From Candidatus Midichloriaceae bacterium (GTDB lineage Bacteria > Pseudomonadota > Alphaproteobacteria > Rickettsiales > Midichloriaceae), in assembly GCA_965655955.1 (NCBI GenBank), contig CBFHIH010000001.1, positions 1-49,306 on the forward strand: 49,306 bases of DNA. The letters run 5' to 3'. A program made the position numbers and the translations under genes. The notes beneath the pieces are model-generated. The model made no database searches. It saw only the letters and a list, made by a program, of their open reading frames with translations, and was not told the origin of the DNA. Position 1 is the stretch's first letter. Each line of letters starts with the position of its first letter. Positions 9,342-19,615 of this stretch are shown in pieces.

Positions 9342-12300
9342 GTGAATAATAAATTTTTTGTACCGCTTGATGCAGAGGGTCTTTTTATAAAAGAGCAAGA
9401 GAAAGATTTCATATGCTATCTTCATTCTTATGATGAAAAAAAGTCTTTAGAATTAAGAAAAAATATTCAGTTTAGTAATCCAAAGTATAAAATTCTTAAT
9501 ATGCCAGCTTGGTCCACCAAGCCGTACGATTCATCTTCGCCAAGTAGTCATTCAATGTTTGAGAGACTACAAACATTGCATTATCTCACTCAAATAACAA
9601 CTAAAGAAAAGATAATAGTTTTAATAAATTATCAAAATTTATTACAAAAATTATTGCCTAAAGATTTTTTTGCCGCACATACTATAAATATTCATGTAAA
9701 TCAAACCATCAACAGAGATTCCTTGTTAAACTCTCTTCTCTTAATAGGATATAAAAGAGAATCTACCGCCAGCAATTTTAGCGAATTTGCGGTTCGAGGC
9801 TATATAATTGATATAGCAATCAATTTTCATTTTGGCATCAGAATCTTTCTTGATGGAAATAAAATAAGCTTGATCAAAAAATATGACTTAGAGACACAGC
9901 ACAGTAATCAGGAAATAACAGAATCTCATGTTATTCCAACCAATGAAGTCATCCTAAGCACAAATAGCATAAATTTCTTTAAAAAACGGTATACATCTTT
10001 ATTTGGCATTGATATTCACGATAAGTTATATGAAAAGATTACATCTGGCACTCCATTTATTGGCATGGAAAATTATCTACAATTTTTTCATGAACAACTT
10101 TCCACCATTGATGAATATATAAAAAACACCGAAGTATTAATATATCAATACAATATAAAAAATTGCATATCTGAATACAAAAACGAGATCTTAAATAACT
10201 ACCAAGAAAGAAAAGAAAAAAATGACAAAATACCACCTATTGATTCCTTATACACTTTAGATTTAGATCTTGAAGATTGTTTTGCAAACTATAACACAAC
10301 TTGTGTATATCCATTTTCAGCATCAGACACTAAAAACAATATCTTTAAATATCCTCAATTAGAAGATTCAGATATTGAATATGAATACACCATCTTGTGT
10401 TCAGAGGAAGAACATGAAGATTCAGTAAAAAGCATAGACCAAATCAATAATAAAGGCTTATATAACGCAACTTTGCATATAGAAAAAGATTTTATCTATA
10501 AAGATAGCTTCATTTTCAAAACACAAAAGCAAAAATCCATCAACTCCTCTCCTAAAAAAGCTAAAAAGAAAAAGAACATCTCTCACTATTTTCAAAGCAA
10601 TTTTGCAGAAAATGATCTAGTAGTTCACAAAGAATATGGATTAGGAAGATTTATTGGATTAAAAGAAATAGAGGTGAAAAATCATAAGCATGATTTTGTA
10701 CAGATACTCTATAGTAATAATGATAAATTTTATCTGCCAATTGAAAATCTAAATCTATTAACAAAATATGGAAAAATAGAAGAGAACATACAGCTAGATA
10801 AATTAGGAGGTAATTCTTGGCAAGTAAAGAAAGAGAAAACGAGAAAAAAACTCAAATTAATGGCAGAAGAATTAATAAAAACTGCCGCTACTAGAACTAA
10901 AATCATATCACAGGATTACAAACTATTTGAAGAGGAATATCAAAATTTTTGCGAATCTTTTCCATATGACTTAACCGATGATCAAGAGCAAGCAATTAAT
11001 GATATATATCAAGACTTTATCCAAAGAAAAATAATTGATAGACTGGTGTGTGGCGATGTGGGCTTTGGTAAAACAGAGGTGGCCTTAAGAACAGTTGCGA
11101 TGCTCTTGATGTCTACATTAAAATCACAAATAGCAGTTATAGTTCCAACAACTCTTTTAGCCATACAGCATTATAAAACATTCAAATCCCGATTCAAAAA
11201 TTCAGGCATAAAAATAGGCTTATTATGCAGAGTCAACACATCTTCAGAAAGAACTCAAAATTTAAAAATGCTTGAACAAGGAGAGATAGACGTTGTAATA
11301 GGCACTCACACATTATTGCACAAAAATATAAAATACAAAAATCTTGGCTTACTTGTTATAGATGAAGAACAGCAGTTTGGAGTTAAGCAAAAAGAGCGCC
11401 TGAAAGATCTCAAAAAAGATATCCATGTATTACTTTTAAGCGCAACACCAATACCACGCACATTACAAATGTCTATGTTTGGCTTGAAGCAATTTAGCAT
11501 CATAGCATCCCCACCTATTAACAGACTTCCGATAAAAACATTCGTGACATCATATGATGAAAACATCATAAAAAATGCCATATTTGATGAAATAGAACGC
11601 AATGGTAGAGTCTTTTATGTTGTACCAAGGATAAAATACCTCAACAAGTCCATAGCAACCATAAGAAAACTGGTTCCACAGGCAAAAATTGCTTCAGCAT
11701 CTGGAGAGTTAGAGCATAAAGATCTAGATTCACTAATGCTAGATTTTTATAACGGAAAGTATAACGTTCTTGTTTCAACCCCCATCATTGAATCTGGTCT
11801 CGACATTCCTAATGCAAATACCATAATCATAGATTATGCTCATATGTTTGGCTTAGGACAGTTATATCAAATTAGAGGGAGGGTAGGGAGAAGTATAACG
11901 CAAGCATACTGTCACATCACATTCCCAGAAGATGCAAAAATAACATCTAAAGCAGAACAAAGACTTCTCACAATGCAATCTATTGATTATTTCAATGCTG
12001 GGTTTGCAATAGCTGCCAAAGACATGGAAATTCGAGGATATGGCAATCTTTTAGGTCAGGAACAATCAGGTCATATACGAGAAATTGGCATAGAGCTTTA
12101 TCAGCAAATGCTTGAAGAAGAAATAAAGAATGCCAAACAAGATACTGATGACAATATAACATGGGAAGTTAAAATAAATGTCGATCTACCAATCTATATA
12201 CCAAAATCTTATATAGAAGAAAAGTCACTGCGCCTTGACATCTACAGAAAAATTTCTTCTCTTAAAGATAAGAAGGAGCTTGATGAGTATAAAGATGAAC

Positions 12301-12599
12301 TCTTTGATAGGTTTGGAGTTTTACCAGAACCATTGCTTAACCTGATATCGCTTATTGAGTTAAAACAACTAGCATTAAAAGCAAAAATTGAAAAACTCGA
12401 CATTTTAGTTGATAAAATTGTGATCTCTTTTTACCAAAATCTTCCTAAAAACCCAGAAAAAACTATGAAATTAGTCCATGATTACCCTTCTCAAGTAAAA
12501 TTATTAAAAGACCACAGAATTATGATTTTAAAAAATGGACCAAGTGATCATCAGCAAATATTTAAATCTACAGAGAAATTACTAAATATGTTCATTTAA
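9342..12599 (+). CDS. mfd: transcription-repair coupling factor Mfd
   Basis: 1085 aa with a CarD/TRCF RNAP-interaction segment (LVVHKEYGLGRFIGL), SF2 motifs GDVGFGKTEVA, DEEQQFGV, SATPIPRTL and QLYQIRGRVGRS, and a C-terminal TRCF domain. GTG start is uncertain. Confidence 0.92.
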   Translation: MNNKFFVPLDAEGLFIKEQEKDFICYLHSYDEKKSLELRKNIQFSNPKYKILNMPAWSTKPYDSSSPSSHSMFERLQTLHYLTQITTKEKIIVLINYQNLLQKLLPKDFFAAHTINIHVNQTINRDSLLNSLLLIGYKRESTASNFSEFAVRGYIIDIAINFHFGIRIFLDGNKISLIKKYDLETQHSNQEITESHVIPTNEVILSTNSINFFKKRYTSLFGIDIHDKLYEKITSGTPFIGMENYLQFFHEQLSTIDEYIKNTEVLIYQYNIKNCISEYKNEILNNYQERKEKNDKIPPIDSLYTLDLDLEDCFANYNTTCVYPFSASDTKNNIFKYPQLEDSDIEYEYTILCSEEEHEDSVKSIDQINNKGLYNATLHIEKDFIYKDSFIFKTQKQKSINSSPKKAKKKKNISHYFQSNFAENDLVVHKEYGLGRFIGLKEIEVKNHKHDFVQILYSNNDKFYLPIENLNLLTKYGKIEENIQLDKLGGNSWQVKKEKTRKKLKLMAEELIKTAATRTKIISQDYKLFEEEYQNFCESFPYDLTDDQEQAINDIYQDFIQRKIIDRLVCGDVGFGKTEVALRTVAMLLMSTLKSQIAVIVPTTLLAIQHYKTFKSRFKNSGIKIGLLCRVNTSSERTQNLKMLEQGEIDVVIGTHTLLHKNIKYKNLGLLVIDEEQQFGVKQKERLKDLKKDIHVLLLSATPIPRTLQMSMFGLKQFSIIASPPINRLPIKTFVTSYDENIIKNAIFDEIERNGRVFYVVPRIKYLNKSIATIRKLVPQAKIASASGELEHKDLDSLMLDFYNGKYNVLVSTPIIESGLDIPNANTIIIDYAHMFGLGQLYQIRGRVGRSITQAYCHITFPEDAKITSKAEQRLLTMQSIDYFNAGFAIAAKDMEIRGYGNLLGQEQSGHIREIGIELYQQMLEEEIKNAKQDTDDNITWEVKINVDLPIYIPKSYIEEKSLRLDIYRKISSLKDKKELDEYKDELFDRFGVLPEPLLNLISLIELKQLALKAKIEKLDILVDKIVISFYQNLPKNPEKTMKLVHDYPSQVKLLKDHRIMILKNGPSDHQQIFKSTEKLLNMFI

Positions 12600-12663
12600 A
12601 AGACCGTTGCATAAGTAAAAAATTCACAAAAAAGAATAATCTTGCTCTAGCCTTTTGAAAATT

Positions 12664-12692
12664 ATTGAAATTTCTGTTCCTCGTACTATATC
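12664..12692 (+). promoter_or_regulatory. candidate RpoH (sigma-32)-type promoter upstream of htpG
   Basis: aTTG-N18-CTATATC, about 36 nt upstream of the htpG ATG, resembles the alphaproteobacterial heat-shock promoter pattern CTTG-N17/18-CYTATNT. Pattern match only. Confidence 0.3.
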
Positions 12693-12727
12693 TAACTTTA
12701 CTGAAATAACACATAATAATATGAATC

Positions 12728-14623
12728 ATGAATCAAGCAAAAGAAGTTAAAAAATTTGATGCTGAAGTTGGCAAAGTTCTGAATCTAGTCATTAATTCAA
12801 TTTACACAAATAAAGATATTTTTCTGAGAGAATTAATATCCAATGCTTCTGATGCTTGCGATAAGCTTAAGTATGAGTCTTTAACCAATCCTGAATCTCA
12901 AGAATTTAATTCGGATTTTAAAATTACTATAAAAATTGATCAGCCCAACAAAACTGTTGTTATTTCTGACAATGGCATAGGTATGAATTATGACGATTTA
13001 GTAACCAACTTAGGAACAATAGCAAACTCAGGAACTCAAAAATTTATAGATAACCTTTCCGCAAATAACAATTCTTCAACAGATATTAACCTAATTGGTC
13101 AGTTTGGCGTGGGGTTTTATTCTGCCTTCATGGTAGCTGACAGTGTAACAGTACTGACAAAAAAGTGCTCTGAAAATAAGTCATATAAATGGCATTCTGA
13201 AGGTAAAGGAGAATACACAATAGAAGAGACAGATGAACATACATCAAATGGAACAACTATAATGCTCCATTTAAAAGATTCAGAAACTGAATACTTAGAA
13301 AAGTATAGAATTAAACATATCATTTCCACATATTCTGATCATATAGCATTCCCAATAGAATTATTAGAAGAGGATGATAAAAAAGAATTACTAAACAAAG
13401 CCTCAGCTCTTTGGATCAGAAATTCTTCAGATATTACAGAAAAAGAATATGAAGAATTTTTTCATCATGTATCATATTTTCCTGGAAAACCATGGCTGAC
13501 TTTACATAATAAAGTAGAAGGCACTTTGCAGTATACCAATTTGCTGTTTATTCCAGATAGTAAACCATTTGATCTTTATCATCCTGACAGAAAAACAAAA
13601 GTAAAACTTTATATAAACAGAGTATTTATATCAGAAGAAGGTAATGATCTGATCCCAGCTTATTTGAGATTTTTGCGCGGTATTGTCGATTCAGAAGACT
13701 TACCACTGAACATCAGTAGAGAAACACTACAACACAACGCTGTTCTTAGAAAAATAAAAAAATCTATTGTTAATAAAGTCTTATCAACATTAAAGGAAAA
13801 GTTAACGTCAGATCCCAAAAATTATGATGCTTTTTGGAGCAATTTTGGAGAAGTAATAAAAGAAGGACTATGCGAACATACACTAGATGAAAAAAACCAA
13901 ATACTAGAAATTTGTAAATTCCAAACAACCACTAATCCTAATGCTGTACAACTTATCACTCTGGATGAGTATATATCGCACATGACTGAAGAACAAAAAG
14001 ATATATATTATTTAAGCGGTGACAATATAGATTCTTTGCAAAATAACCCTCAATTAGAAGGTTTTAAAAAACGGAACATACCTGTGATACTTCTTCAAGA
14101 TCATGTGGATAATTTTTGGGTAAATGTCATCAATGAATATAAAGGAAAAAAATTAACCTCCATTTCAAGCAGTAATATTGACCTAAACAAGATAAAAAAA
14201 CTTGATGATGATTCTACAATAAAGAAAAATGAATCAAATGAAGATGAACATAAAAAACTGATAGAATTTATCAAGGAAACATTAAAAGATAAAATTAAGG
14301 ATGTATCAATATCATCAAAATTAATCAATAGTCCAGCTTGTATCTCTGTGCCAGAAGGCTCTATGAATATCAGAATGGAAAAATTTCTGATGGAGCAAAA
14401 ACAACTTAAAAACAAATCTTTAAAGATATTAGAAATCAATCCTAAACATCCTATTTTAACTAAGGTAGAAAATTCTCTTTCAGATGCTCAGGAAATCGAC
14501 AGAAACAAGGATATAATCTATGTGATTTATACGCAAGCCTGCTTAATTGAAGGGGAGACTATTGAAAACCCATCTGAGTTTGGAACCAAGCTTAATTCCC
14601 TGCTCGCAAAAGGTCTTGTTTAA
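12728..14623 (+). CDS. htpG: molecular chaperone HtpG (Hsp90)
   Basis: GHKL ATPase motifs ELISNASDACDKL, DNGIGM and GQFGVGFYSAFMVAD, plus middle-domain RFLRGIVDSEDLPLNISRE. 631 aa. Confidence 0.95.
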   Translation: MNQAKEVKKFDAEVGKVLNLVINSIYTNKDIFLRELISNASDACDKLKYESLTNPESQEFNSDFKITIKIDQPNKTVVISDNGIGMNYDDLVTNLGTIANSGTQKFIDNLSANNNSSTDINLIGQFGVGFYSAFMVADSVTVLTKKCSENKSYKWHSEGKGEYTIEETDEHTSNGTTIMLHLKDSETEYLEKYRIKHIISTYSDHIAFPIELLEEDDKKELLNKASALWIRNSSDITEKEYEEFFHHVSYFPGKPWLTLHNKVEGTLQYTNLLFIPDSKPFDLYHPDRKTKVKLYINRVFISEEGNDLIPAYLRFLRGIVDSEDLPLNISRETLQHNAVLRKIKKSIVNKVLSTLKEKLTSDPKNYDAFWSNFGEVIKEGLCEHTLDEKNQILEICKFQTTTNPNAVQLITLDEYISHMTEEQKDIYYLSGDNIDSLQNNPQLEGFKKRNIPVILLQDHVDNFWVNVINEYKGKKLTSISSSNIDLNKIKKLDDDSTIKKNESNEDEHKKLIEFIKETLKDKIKDVSISSKLINSPACISVPEGSMNIRMEKFLMEQKQLKNKSLKILEINPKHPILTKVENSLSDAQEIDRNKDIIYVIYTQACLIEGETIENPSEFGTKLNSLLAKGLV

Positions 14624-14635
14624 TCAAGACCTTTT
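14608..14635. terminator. bidirectional hairpin between convergent htpG and rlmE
   Basis: 11-bp perfect stem aaaaggtcttg / caagacctttt with loop tttaat. It contains the htpG stop (TAA 14621-14623) and overlaps the rlmE stop (14634-14636). A/T runs on both sides. Confidence 0.45.
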
Positions 14636-15254
14636 AAAGCTTAAAACCTTGTGCAATTATATAGATTTCTGAAGAGTCTTTATAACTTGCACTTGGTTTA
14701 AAAAAACTCACTTTTTCAAATTTTTTACGAACCTCTAGATGAAAATCCTTAGTTCTTCCTCCTTCAAAAACCTTTATGATCATATTGCCGCCAAAACATA
14801 ATCTTTTTTCACTATATTGAAATACTGCTTTAGCTAAATTCATAATTTTTATATGATCCACTTCTCTGTTTCCAGAAGTGTTAGGTGCCATATCACTACA
14901 AATCAGATCTATTTCATATGCAGCTAGCTGAGTTTGCACTTCTTCACAACAAAAATCTCCTTGTATAAAATCCAATCCTTCAATCTCTTCCATGGGCTTT
15001 AAATCTATTGCAAAAACTTTACATGCCGCTTTTTTCTTTTCTAAAATATACTGAGACCAAGATCCTGGATATGCACCAAGATCAAGAATATATTTAGAAT
15101 TCTCTATGAGCTTATATTTTTTTTCAATATCAATTAACTTGAAAACCGCACGAGAACGATAATTATGCTTTTTGGCTAAAATGACATATTCATCATTTTT
15201 ATGCCTTTTTAACCACTTAGAAGATGATAATGATAATGATTTTGTTTTTTTCAA
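14634..15254 (-). CDS. rlmE: 23S rRNA (uridine2552-2'-O)-methyltransferase RlmE/FtsJ
   Basis: SSKWLKRHKNDEYV, RSRAVFKLIDI, DLGAYPGSWSQ (SAM site) and SDMAPNTSG. Confidence 0.92.
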   Translation of the reverse strand: MKKTKSLSLSSSKWLKRHKNDEYVILAKKHNYRSRAVFKLIDIEKKYKLIENSKYILDLGAYPGSWSQYILEKKKAACKVFAIDLKPMEEIEGLDFIQGDFCCEEVQTQLAAYEIDLICSDMAPNTSGNREVDHIKIMNLAKAVFQYSEKRLCFGGNMIIKVFEGGRTKDFHLEVRKKFEKVSFFKPSASYKDSSEIYIIAQGFKL

Positions 15255-15913
15255 ACTATTCTATTTTTTATTAAATCTTTAGTAATCAAAGTGCTCACGA
15301 AATTGTTAATTCCCACTCTTCTCCCTTTTCTCAATCTTTCAGATTTAAGTATCATTAATAATTTACTAAGACTCTGCTCTATATCACGATTTATTATAAC
15401 ATAATCATATTCATGCCAATGACTAATCTCCTCTTCTGCTCTTGCCATTCTTTCTTCAATCACTTCTTTACTATCTTCATTCCTCATCTGCAATCTTCTA
15501 TGCAACTCATCAATAGATGGTGGCAACAAAAATACACTAGTCACATCTGGTCTTGCTATAGCTGATAATTGTCTGTTTCCCTGCCAATCTATATCAAATA
15601 AAACATCTTCCCCTACACTAAGTTTATCTAAAACCCTCTTTTTTGGAGTACCATAAAAATTACCAAATATTTCAGCATACTCAAGGAACCCCCCTCTCTT
15701 CTCTTTCTCTAAAAATTCTTCTTTATTCATAAAATAATAGTCTTTTTCATCGACTTCTTGTGATCTTTTTTTCCTTGTTGTACATGATATAGAAAGCGAT
15801 ATATGCTCATCATTCTCTAAAATTAACTTAGATAATGTCGTTTTTCCAGTTCCAGAAGGAGCTGAAACCAAAAACATTAATCCTCTTCTTTTTATATTAA
15901 CCATAAATTTCAC
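15251..15913 (-). CDS. gmk: guanylate kinase
   Basis: P-loop SAPSGTGKTT, CTTRKKRSQEVDEKDYYF, FLEYAEIFGNFYGT. 4-nt overlaps with both neighbours. Confidence 0.92.
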   Translation of the reverse strand: MKFMVNIKRRGLMFLVSAPSGTGKTTLSKLILENDEHISLSISCTTRKKRSQEVDEKDYYFMNKEEFLEKEKRGGFLEYAEIFGNFYGTPKKRVLDKLSVGEDVLFDIDWQGNRQLSAIARPDVTSVFLLPPSIDELHRRLQMRNEDSKEVIEERMARAEEEISHWHEYDYVIINRDIEQSLSKLLMILKSERLRKGRRVGINNFVSTLITKDLIKNRIV

Positions 15914-16866
15914 GTTCTGTTTGAATATTCACCATTTTTCATCATATATTCAATTTTATCTACAATAATTTTTTCTACTTTCATATCATAAAGTTCATTC
16001 AAAATGGTAAGTCCAGTGGGAGAAGTAACATTAATCTCTATCAAATAACCATCAATTATATCCATGCCAGCGAGAAAAATATTATTCAATTTTAAATAAT
16101 CAGCAATCTTGCGGACCATGATAAATTCTTGTTCAGTAAGCTCTGCTTTGGCGTATCCATGGTGTATACTTGCTTTAAAATCATTTTTGCGAGTTTTTCT
16201 GTTGATAACCCCTAAAATTTCACCGTTGATCAATAACACTCTTTTGTCACCCCATGAGCTGATTGAAGGCAAGTATCTTTGCGCCATCACACAACCTTCT
16301 TTCTCAAGAATGACATGTATAATATTATCTACATTTTCTTGAGATTGACAAAGTTTCACCACACCATGCCCACCATATCCGTATAAAGGTTTTAAAACAA
16401 TTTCATTATGTTGTTGATAAAAATTTTTTATCTTATCAGCTGAACTTGTCACAATTGTCTCAGGTATAAAATCAATAAAATTCAGTATGCATAATTTCTC
16501 TGAGACATTTCTTATGCTTTTTGGATCATTTATAATCAAAACAGAGCTAGCAATCAGCTCTATTAAATACGTACTGGTTAAATATTTATTATTAAAAGGA
16601 GGATCTTGTCTAAATAAAAGAAGTGAAGATTGTTGTAACTGTTTTGTTTCAGCACTTAAGATAGTAAAACCTTTTTTTGAATTGAAGGTGATGACATGTC
16701 CTTTAGCATATAATTGACAATTCTCAAAAACAACATCTCGAACTTCATAAGCAAACAGCTCGTATCCCCTATCTTCCAACTCTTTAGCCAATAACAAAGT
16801 GCTATCAGTTTTAAGATCTAAGGTATCTAAAGGGTCAACCTGTAAAGCTACATATCCGCAATTCAT
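15910..16866 (-). CDS. gshB: glutathione synthetase (prokaryotic ATP-grasp type)
   Basis: 318 aa with VLKPLYGYGGHGV, GDKRVLLINGE and AGMDIIDGYLIEINVTSPTG. Confidence 0.88.
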   Translation of the reverse strand: MNCGYVALQVDPLDTLDLKTDSTLLLAKELEDRGYELFAYEVRDVVFENCQLYAKGHVITFNSKKGFTILSAETKQLQQSSLLLFRQDPPFNNKYLTSTYLIELIASSVLIINDPKSIRNVSEKLCILNFIDFIPETIVTSSADKIKNFYQQHNEIVLKPLYGYGGHGVVKLCQSQENVDNIIHVILEKEGCVMAQRYLPSISSWGDKRVLLINGEILGVINRKTRKNDFKASIHHGYAKAELTEQEFIMVRKIADYLKLNNIFLAGMDIIDGYLIEINVTSPTGLTILNELYDMKVEKIIVDKIEYMMKNGEYSNRT

Positions 16867-16874
16867 TAAAGCAA

Positions 16875-18104
16875 TTAATCCCCAAAATTTGATACTTTAC
16901 CTTTTTGAGCATGTTCTAAAGATAACACCTTCTTCAAAGACGCAACCAAATACTTAATCATATCCTTGGTAATAAAAGGACTGATTGTGATTCTTAAACG
17001 CTCTTCTCCTCTTGGAACAGTAGGGAAATTAATTCCTTGGATGTATATTCCATATTCGCTCAATAACTTAGTGTATATCTCTTTGCAAAGATGTGCATCC
17101 CTGATCATAACCACAACTATATGTGTGTTGTTCTCAAGTATTTGTATATTATTATCTCTCAACTCTTTTTTTAAAAATGCAACATTGAGCATAAGCCTTT
17201 CACGCTCTTTACTACTTTTTCTTAGATACTGCACGCTTGCTAATGCAGCTGATAGAACCGCAGGAGGTAATGATGTTGTGAAAATAAAACCAGATGCATA
17301 GCTTCTGATGGCATCCACTACTATGTTCTTTGCCGCAATATAACCACCAACAACTCCATAGGCTTTTGAAAACGTACCTTGTATTATATCAATATCCATG
17401 TCAACACCCATGGCTCTTGCAATGCCAGCCCCTTCTTTGCCATAAATACCAACCGAATGGACTTCATCAATATAAGTCAGGGCGTTATATTTTTTTGCTA
17501 AAGCAATGAACTCTGGTATTTTGGCTATATCGCCGGTCATGGAATAAACAGATTCAAAAATAATTAACTTGGGCTGATGGTAAGGGTAAAGCTTCAATTT
17601 AGATTCTAAATCAAAAGTATCGTTATGTTTGAATATCTCTTTTTTCATCCCCCCTTCTTTTATTCCAGAAATAATGGAAGCATGATTTTGCTCATCAGAA
17701 AAAACCACACATTCAGGCATAATGTTTGAAATAGCGACTATACTTGCCTGATTAGCAACATAGCCAGAGGTAAAAACCAACGCTGATTCCTTTTGATGTA
17801 AATCAGCAACTTCACTTTCTAGATTAACTATAGAAGTGGTGGTGCCCGAAATATTTCTCGTTCCACCTGAACCAACGCCAAAAGTTTTTGCTGAATTAAT
17901 GAATGCATTAAGAACATATTCATTCTTAGACATACACAGATAGTCATTGCTGCAAAAAATCAGAAGATTTTTATCGTAATATTTATTATAAGCAGCAGCC
18001 TTTTTTTCAATCGACGACTCAAGCTCAGTGAAAACACGATATCTTCCCTCCGAGCGCACTTTTTCAATTGCTGAGGAAAAATATCGTCCTAACACATCAA
18101 GCAC
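16875..18104 (-). CDS. hemA: 5-aminolevulinate synthase
   Basis: Collinear by eye with alphaproteobacterial ALAS: [67 protein letters not shown] (PLP Lys), [14 protein letters not shown] and [16 protein letters not shown]. Confidence 0.9.
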   Translation of the reverse strand: MLDVLGRYFSSAIEKVRSEGRYRVFTELESSIEKKAAAYNKYYDKNLLIFCSNDYLCMSKNEYVLNAFINSAKTFGVGSGGTRNISGTTTSIVNLESEVADLHQKESALVFTSGYVANQASIVAISNIMPECVVFSDEQNHASIISGIKEGGMKKEIFKHNDTFDLESKLKLYPYHQPKLIIFESVYSMTGDIAKIPEFIALAKKYNALTYIDEVHSVGIYGKEGAGIARAMGVDMDIDIIQGTFSKAYGVVGGYIAAKNIVVDAIRSYASGFIFTTSLPPAVLSAALASVQYLRKSSKERERLMLNVAFLKKELRDNNIQILENNTHIVVVMIRDAHLCKEIYTKLLSEYGIYIQGINFPTVPRGEERLRITISPFITKDMIKYLVASLKKVLSLEHAQKGKVSNFGD

Positions 18105-18111
18105 TATATAT

Positions 18112-18408
18112 TTAATTTTTTTGAAACTTAGCGCTCAAGCCTGGCTTTAAAAGATTGACTCCCACAATAATAAGAGCAAAAGAGTAGAAAAAGCACACAT
18201 AACATGTGTCAAAACCGCCATGATGATGGTGGTGAACGTTATATCCCGCAGCAATACCAATCGCACTTAAAAAGAGCGTAACCGAAGAAACATTAACATT
18301 AAAATTTAAAGAAAGTCTACTGGATAACAACTTTAACACAGGCAAAAGCATTATTAAAAAAACAGGGATAACATGTAAAACACTTAGAAAATTTTCCATT
18401 TTTAACAC
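18112..18408 (-). CDS. small hypothetical membrane protein with a penta-His motif
   Basis: About 95 aa with 3 predicted TM helices and [17 protein letters not shown] between helices. ATG at 18399 is a likelier start than the GTG at 18408. Lies 7 nt downstream of hemA on the same strand. No family recognised. Confidence 0.5.
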   Translation of the reverse strand: MLKMENFLSVLHVIPVFLIMLLPVLKLLSSRLSLNFNVNVSSVTLFLSAIGIAAGYNVHHHHHGGFDTCYVCFFYSFALIIVGVNLLKPGLSAKFQKN

Positions 18409-18517
18409 ACATTGATTAATTATGTCGTGTAGCCATTATATATGTTCATACTTTAAGATCAAGAAGAAAAATCACAACACACAATGAACTATATTTGACG
18501 GTTTAGCATAAGCCTTA

Positions 18518-19435
18518 TTAACCTTCTAGGTAAATATCAACAATTTCATTTAAAAAACTTAAAGCGTCATCATAAGGGCGCTGAAAGCTATTTCTTCCTA
18601 TAATAGAGCCGCTTCCTCCACCTTTTTGTATAGCACGAACCTCATTTAAGATTGCGTCTTTATTTTTAGATTCTCCACCAGAAAACACGACAAGTCTTTT
18701 CTGGCAAAAAGTAGAATGCATAACATGTGATATTCTTTGTTCCAAGGATTCATAAGATTTATCATACTTGTCTTTTAAATCATTGGCGAACACAGCTTGA
18801 GAAGGTGGCTTAACTTTAATTATATTTGCTCCCATTAATGCTGCTATATGAGATGCATAAGCTATTGTATCAATCGCAGTTTCCCCTTCTTTAGAAAGAG
18901 ATCCTCCTCTTGGATAAGACCACACCACGGTTGCTAAACCATATGATTTAGCTTCGCTGATTAACTCACTAATCATTTCTATCATTTCCAAGGAATTATC
19001 AGACCCGGGATAGATTGTGTACCCTACCGCCACACATCCTAAATACAACGCATCTTGTAAAGAGGCAGTTAAAGATTGATATGGTTCTACATTCTTAGAA
19101 AGCAGCAAGTTTGCACTATTTGCTTTTAAGATAAGAGGAATTGTACCTCTATATTTGTCAGGCATTGCCTCAAGCATCCCTTTCGGCGCTGCATATGCAG
19201 TCAATCCTGCCTCTATTGCCAATTTCACATGATATTCCGGATTATAGGCTTCGGGATTCATATGAAAGCTTCTTGTTGGCCCATGTTCAAAACCTTGATC
19301 AACAGGTAAAATCACCATTTTTCCCGTCCCTGAAAGCTTTCCATGCATCAATAATGTGGCAATCTTAGCTTTTACAGATGGCGTCTCGCCCTGATAATGA
19401 TTTATTATTCGCTCTACTTTTTTTGTTAAGAACAT
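18518..19435 (-). CDS. fbaB: class I fructose-bisphosphate aldolase (FbaB/DhnA, DeoC/LacD family)
   Basis: GKLSGTGKMVILPVDQGFEHGPTRSFHMNPEAYNPEYHVKLAIEAG parallels E. coli FbaB (GTGYLSILPVDQGVEH...ELAIEAG). Schiff-base Lys context IIKVKPP. Confidence 0.82.
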   Translation of the reverse strand: MFLTKKVERIINHYQGETPSVKAKIATLLMHGKLSGTGKMVILPVDQGFEHGPTRSFHMNPEAYNPEYHVKLAIEAGLTAYAAPKGMLEAMPDKYRGTIPLILKANSANLLLSKNVEPYQSLTASLQDALYLGCVAVGYTIYPGSDNSLEMIEMISELISEAKSYGLATVVWSYPRGGSLSKEGETAIDTIAYASHIAALMGANIIKVKPPSQAVFANDLKDKYDKSYESLEQRISHVMHSTFCQKRLVVFSGGESKNKDAILNEVRAIQKGGGSGSIIGRNSFQRPYDDALSFLNEIVDIYLEG

Positions 19436-19615
19436 GTGCTTAAAGTGGTAAATTACTGATTATATCAAACCTTAAAAAGGTCCGCGAGTCAAATCTTATA
19501 TAAAGATTTTGGGATTTATATACTTTACCCTATTAAAACCTAATAAAATATTCATTTTCTTTTATCTTGTAAAAGCTAATCTTAGAGTTGTCATACTCAT
19601 TTAATATTTCCTGTG

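Noticed and set aside
14104-14112. A perfect DnaA-box 9-mer (TGTGGATAA).
   Set aside because: It is a single copy inside the htpG coding sequence, with no cluster, no AT-rich unwinding element and no dnaA/dnaN/hemE-type context. It is expected by chance.
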